Part shown: one piece after another, positions 61,805 to 64,000 of the stretch
Position numbering within the stretch: position 1 is the stretch's first letter
Layout of the letters: every line of letters starts with the position of its first letter
NCBI GenBank assembly: GCA_963845145.1
Contig: CAWJQU010000005.1
Location: forward strand, 512,001 to 576,000
Length of the DNA stretch: 64,000 bases
Direction of reading: 5' to 3'
DNA from: an uncultured delta proteobacterium
GTDB taxonomy: Bacteria; Desulfobacterota; Desulfobacteria; Desulfobacterales; QNYZ01
Translations under genes and position numbers: made by a program
Notes under the pieces: model-generated
The model's input: only the letters and a program-made list of their open reading frames with translations
What the model was told of the DNA's origin: nothing
Database searches by the model: none

Positions 61805-62688
61805 ATGAAATATAGGCTTTTAAGGTGCCCAAGGCGGAGATATGTCGAGTATTTAGTGCCGCCGGCGGTGTTGAGAATGCGCCCCTAAACGCTCGTAAGA
61901 TTGGCGCCACCGCCTTTGCGTTGTTTACTAAAAACCAGCGACAGTGGAAGGCCAAGCCGCTAACGGAAAAGAGCATAGAGGCGTTCGGCCGAAACTGCGC
62001 CGAGGCGGGCTTTACACCCGACCAGATTCTGCCCCATGATAGCTATCTCATCAATTTGGGGCACCCGGAGCAGGCCGGGCTGGAAAAATCCAGGGCGGCT
62101 TTTTTGGATGAGTTTGAGCGCTGCCACCAACTGGGATTAAAATTCCTCAATTTTCATCCCGGCAGCCATCTGGGCAAGATCTCGGTATCCGAAAGCCTGG
62201 CCCGCATCGCCGCCTCAATCAACTTGGCCCTGGACCACATTTCCGGCGTTACCGCGATTATCGAAAACACCGCTGGGCAGGGAACCAATCTCGGTTATCG
62301 TTTCGAGCACCTTGCAGAAATTATTGGGCAGGTGGATGATCAATCCCGGGTGGGGGTCTGCCTGGACACCTGCCATGGCTTTGCCGCCGGGTATGACATC
62401 AAAACGGCCCAAGGCTATGCCGACACCATGGCCCGGTTTGATCGGATTGTCGGGCTAAGGTTTCTAAAAGCCATGCATTTAAACGACAGCAAAAAAGGGC
62501 TTGGAAGCCACGTGGATCGTCATGCCAGTATCGGTAAAGGGGAGTTGGGTGAGCAGCCGTTTCACTTTATCATGGCGGACTCCAGACTGGATGGTATCCC
62601 CTTGGTACTGGAAACCCCGGATACCGCCCTTTGGGCTGAAGAGATCAAGCGCTTGCAGGGGTTGGCTGAGGCAGCAGGCTCCGGCTAA
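61805..62688 (+). CDS. nfo: Endonuclease IV with disrupted 5' end (possible pseudogene, or GTG start at 61825)
   Basis: [31 protein letters not shown] and LET metal-ligand motifs; ATG-AAA-TAT at 61805 is out of frame with the body. Confidence 0.85.
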
Positions 62689-62704
62689 AACCGATTATTC
62701 TTTG

Positions 62705-64000
62705 CTATTTCTTTTTCCGGTTGGGACGAAGCATATGCCGCTTCTGGGCGGATAGCGTTAATTTACGCAAACGGATCGAGAGGGGCGTCACCTCAACGAG
62801 CTCGTCTTCGCGAATAAAACTGATGGCCTGCTCCAGGGTCATGGCTTTGATAGGTGAGAGCAACACATTATCGTCTTTGCCAGAGGCCCGCATATTGGTG
62901 AGTTTTTTTTCTTTGCAGGGATTGACATTGATATCCTGCCCCCGATTGTGCTCACCCACGATCATTCCCTCGTATACCGGGTCGCCCGGCACCACAAACA
63001 AACGGCCCCGGGGTTCTAAGTTGAATAAGGCATAAGCCACAGCACCGCCTTGGCGATCGGCCACGATGGAACCGGAAAACCGGCTGGGGCACTCTCCCCG
63101 AAACTCGCCGTATCCGTCGAACAGGGAGTTCATGATACCGGTTCCGCGGGTATCGGTGAGGTATTCATCCCGGTACCCGATCAGGGTGCGGGAAGGGACG
63201 GAAAATTCGATCCGGACGCGCCCTTTACCATTATTGACCATATTGGTCATATTTGCCTTGCGAAGGGACAGCTTTTCCGTCACCACCCCCATAAACTGCT
63301 CCTCGCAGTCCACCATCAGGCGCTCCAGAGGCTCCAAACGATTGCCATTTTCATAGCGGTAGATCACTTCCGGCCGTCCCACACAGAACTCAAAGTTTTC
63401 TCGCCGCATGGTCTCGATTAGAATCGCCAGTTGAAATTCACCCCGGCCTTTGACCAGGACGCTGTCCCGATCCGAGCCCATTTCTACCTGGATGGCCACA
63501 TTGAGCAGGGTCTCTTTCAGCAGGCGCTCCCGAATCCGACTGGACTGGACGTACTTGCCCTCTTTGCCGCCAAAGGGCGAATTGTTGATGGTAAATTTCA
63601 TAGAAACCGTGGGTTCGTCCACACGAATTCGCGGCAGGGCCTGCGGGGTTTCCCAATGACAAATGGTATCACCGATCTTGACGTCTTCGATACCGGCCAA
63701 AACAGCAATATCTCCGGGCTGAATCTCCTCTACCGGGATCAATTGGTTCCCTTCGTAAACCTGGAGTTTTGAGACCTTGAGCGGAACGCTCTTGTTATCC
63801 TCGGGGATACATACCAGATTGTCCCGGGCTTTGGCCGAACCGTTGAATATCTTTCCTATGGCCAGACGCCCCATGTAATCCGAATAGCCCAAATCGGATA
63901 CCAACATTTGAAAGGGCGCGTCCGGTTGATGGGTGGGACCTGGAATTTGATCAATGATGGTATCCAACAAAATATAGAGGTTTTCCCCTTTATCATCCGG
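62705..64000 (-). CDS. typA: Translational GTPase TypA/BipA, 3' part
   Basis: GRGEFQLAILIETMRRE, KKLTNMRASG and ELVEVTP; the frame is open to the window edge. Confidence 0.96.
   Translation of the reverse strand, partial: PDDKGENLYILLDTIIDQIPGPTHQPDAPFQMLVSDLGYSDYMGRLAIGKIFNGSAKARDNLVCIPEDNKSVPLKVSKLQVYEGNQLIPVEEIQPGDIAVLAGIEDVKIGDTICHWETPQALPRIRVDEPTVSMKFTINNSPFGGKEGKYVQSSRIRERLLKETLLNVAIQVEMGSDRDSVLVKGRGEFQLAILIETMRRENFEFCVGRPEVIYRYENGNRLEPLERLMVDCEEQFMGVVTEKLSLRKANMTNMVNNGKGRVRIEFSVPSRTLIGYRDEYLTDTRGTGIMNSLFDGYGEFRGECPSRFSGSIVADRQGGAVAYALFNLEPRGRLFVVPGDPVYEGMIVGEHNRGQDINVNPCKEKKLTNMRASGKDDNVLLSPIKAMTLEQAISFIREDELVEVTPLSIRLRKLTLSAQKRHMLRPNRKKK

Overview
Bacterial chromosomal window. Gene content (Orange-protein-like cluster, sigma-54 regulators, CxxCH sensor kinases, Sec-peroxiredoxin) suggests an anaerobic sulfate reducer of the Desulfobacterota; this is inference. 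From left to right: a FecR/OmpA/CHASE2-HD-GYP/OmpA signalling module; an OrpR-like regulator divergent from an orp-type cluster (NifB/NifX-family proteins, ferredoxin-insert ATPases, IscU-like protein) ending in a selenocysteine peroxiredoxin; several two-component systems, a VWA protein and a double-CZB chemoreceptor; lgt; a complete glnE-glnD-amtB-PII-glnA cluster; an S1P-lyase-like enzyme with a DUF819 protein; an accessory region with several broken genes, a GntR-phosphatase fusion, pqiAAB and MITE/REP elements; lnt-prfB (programmed +1 frameshift)-HD protein; an IS66 remnant; glyA, a kinase-like ORF, nfo and partial typA. No rRNA, tRNA or CRISPR array was seen. The most unusual signals are a perfect 30-bp intergenic copy of an internal nfo segment, an nfo 5' end split by three micro-insertions, a permuted aapJ/aapQ remnant, and a Sec-Prx with two candidate starts and no canonical resolving Cys.
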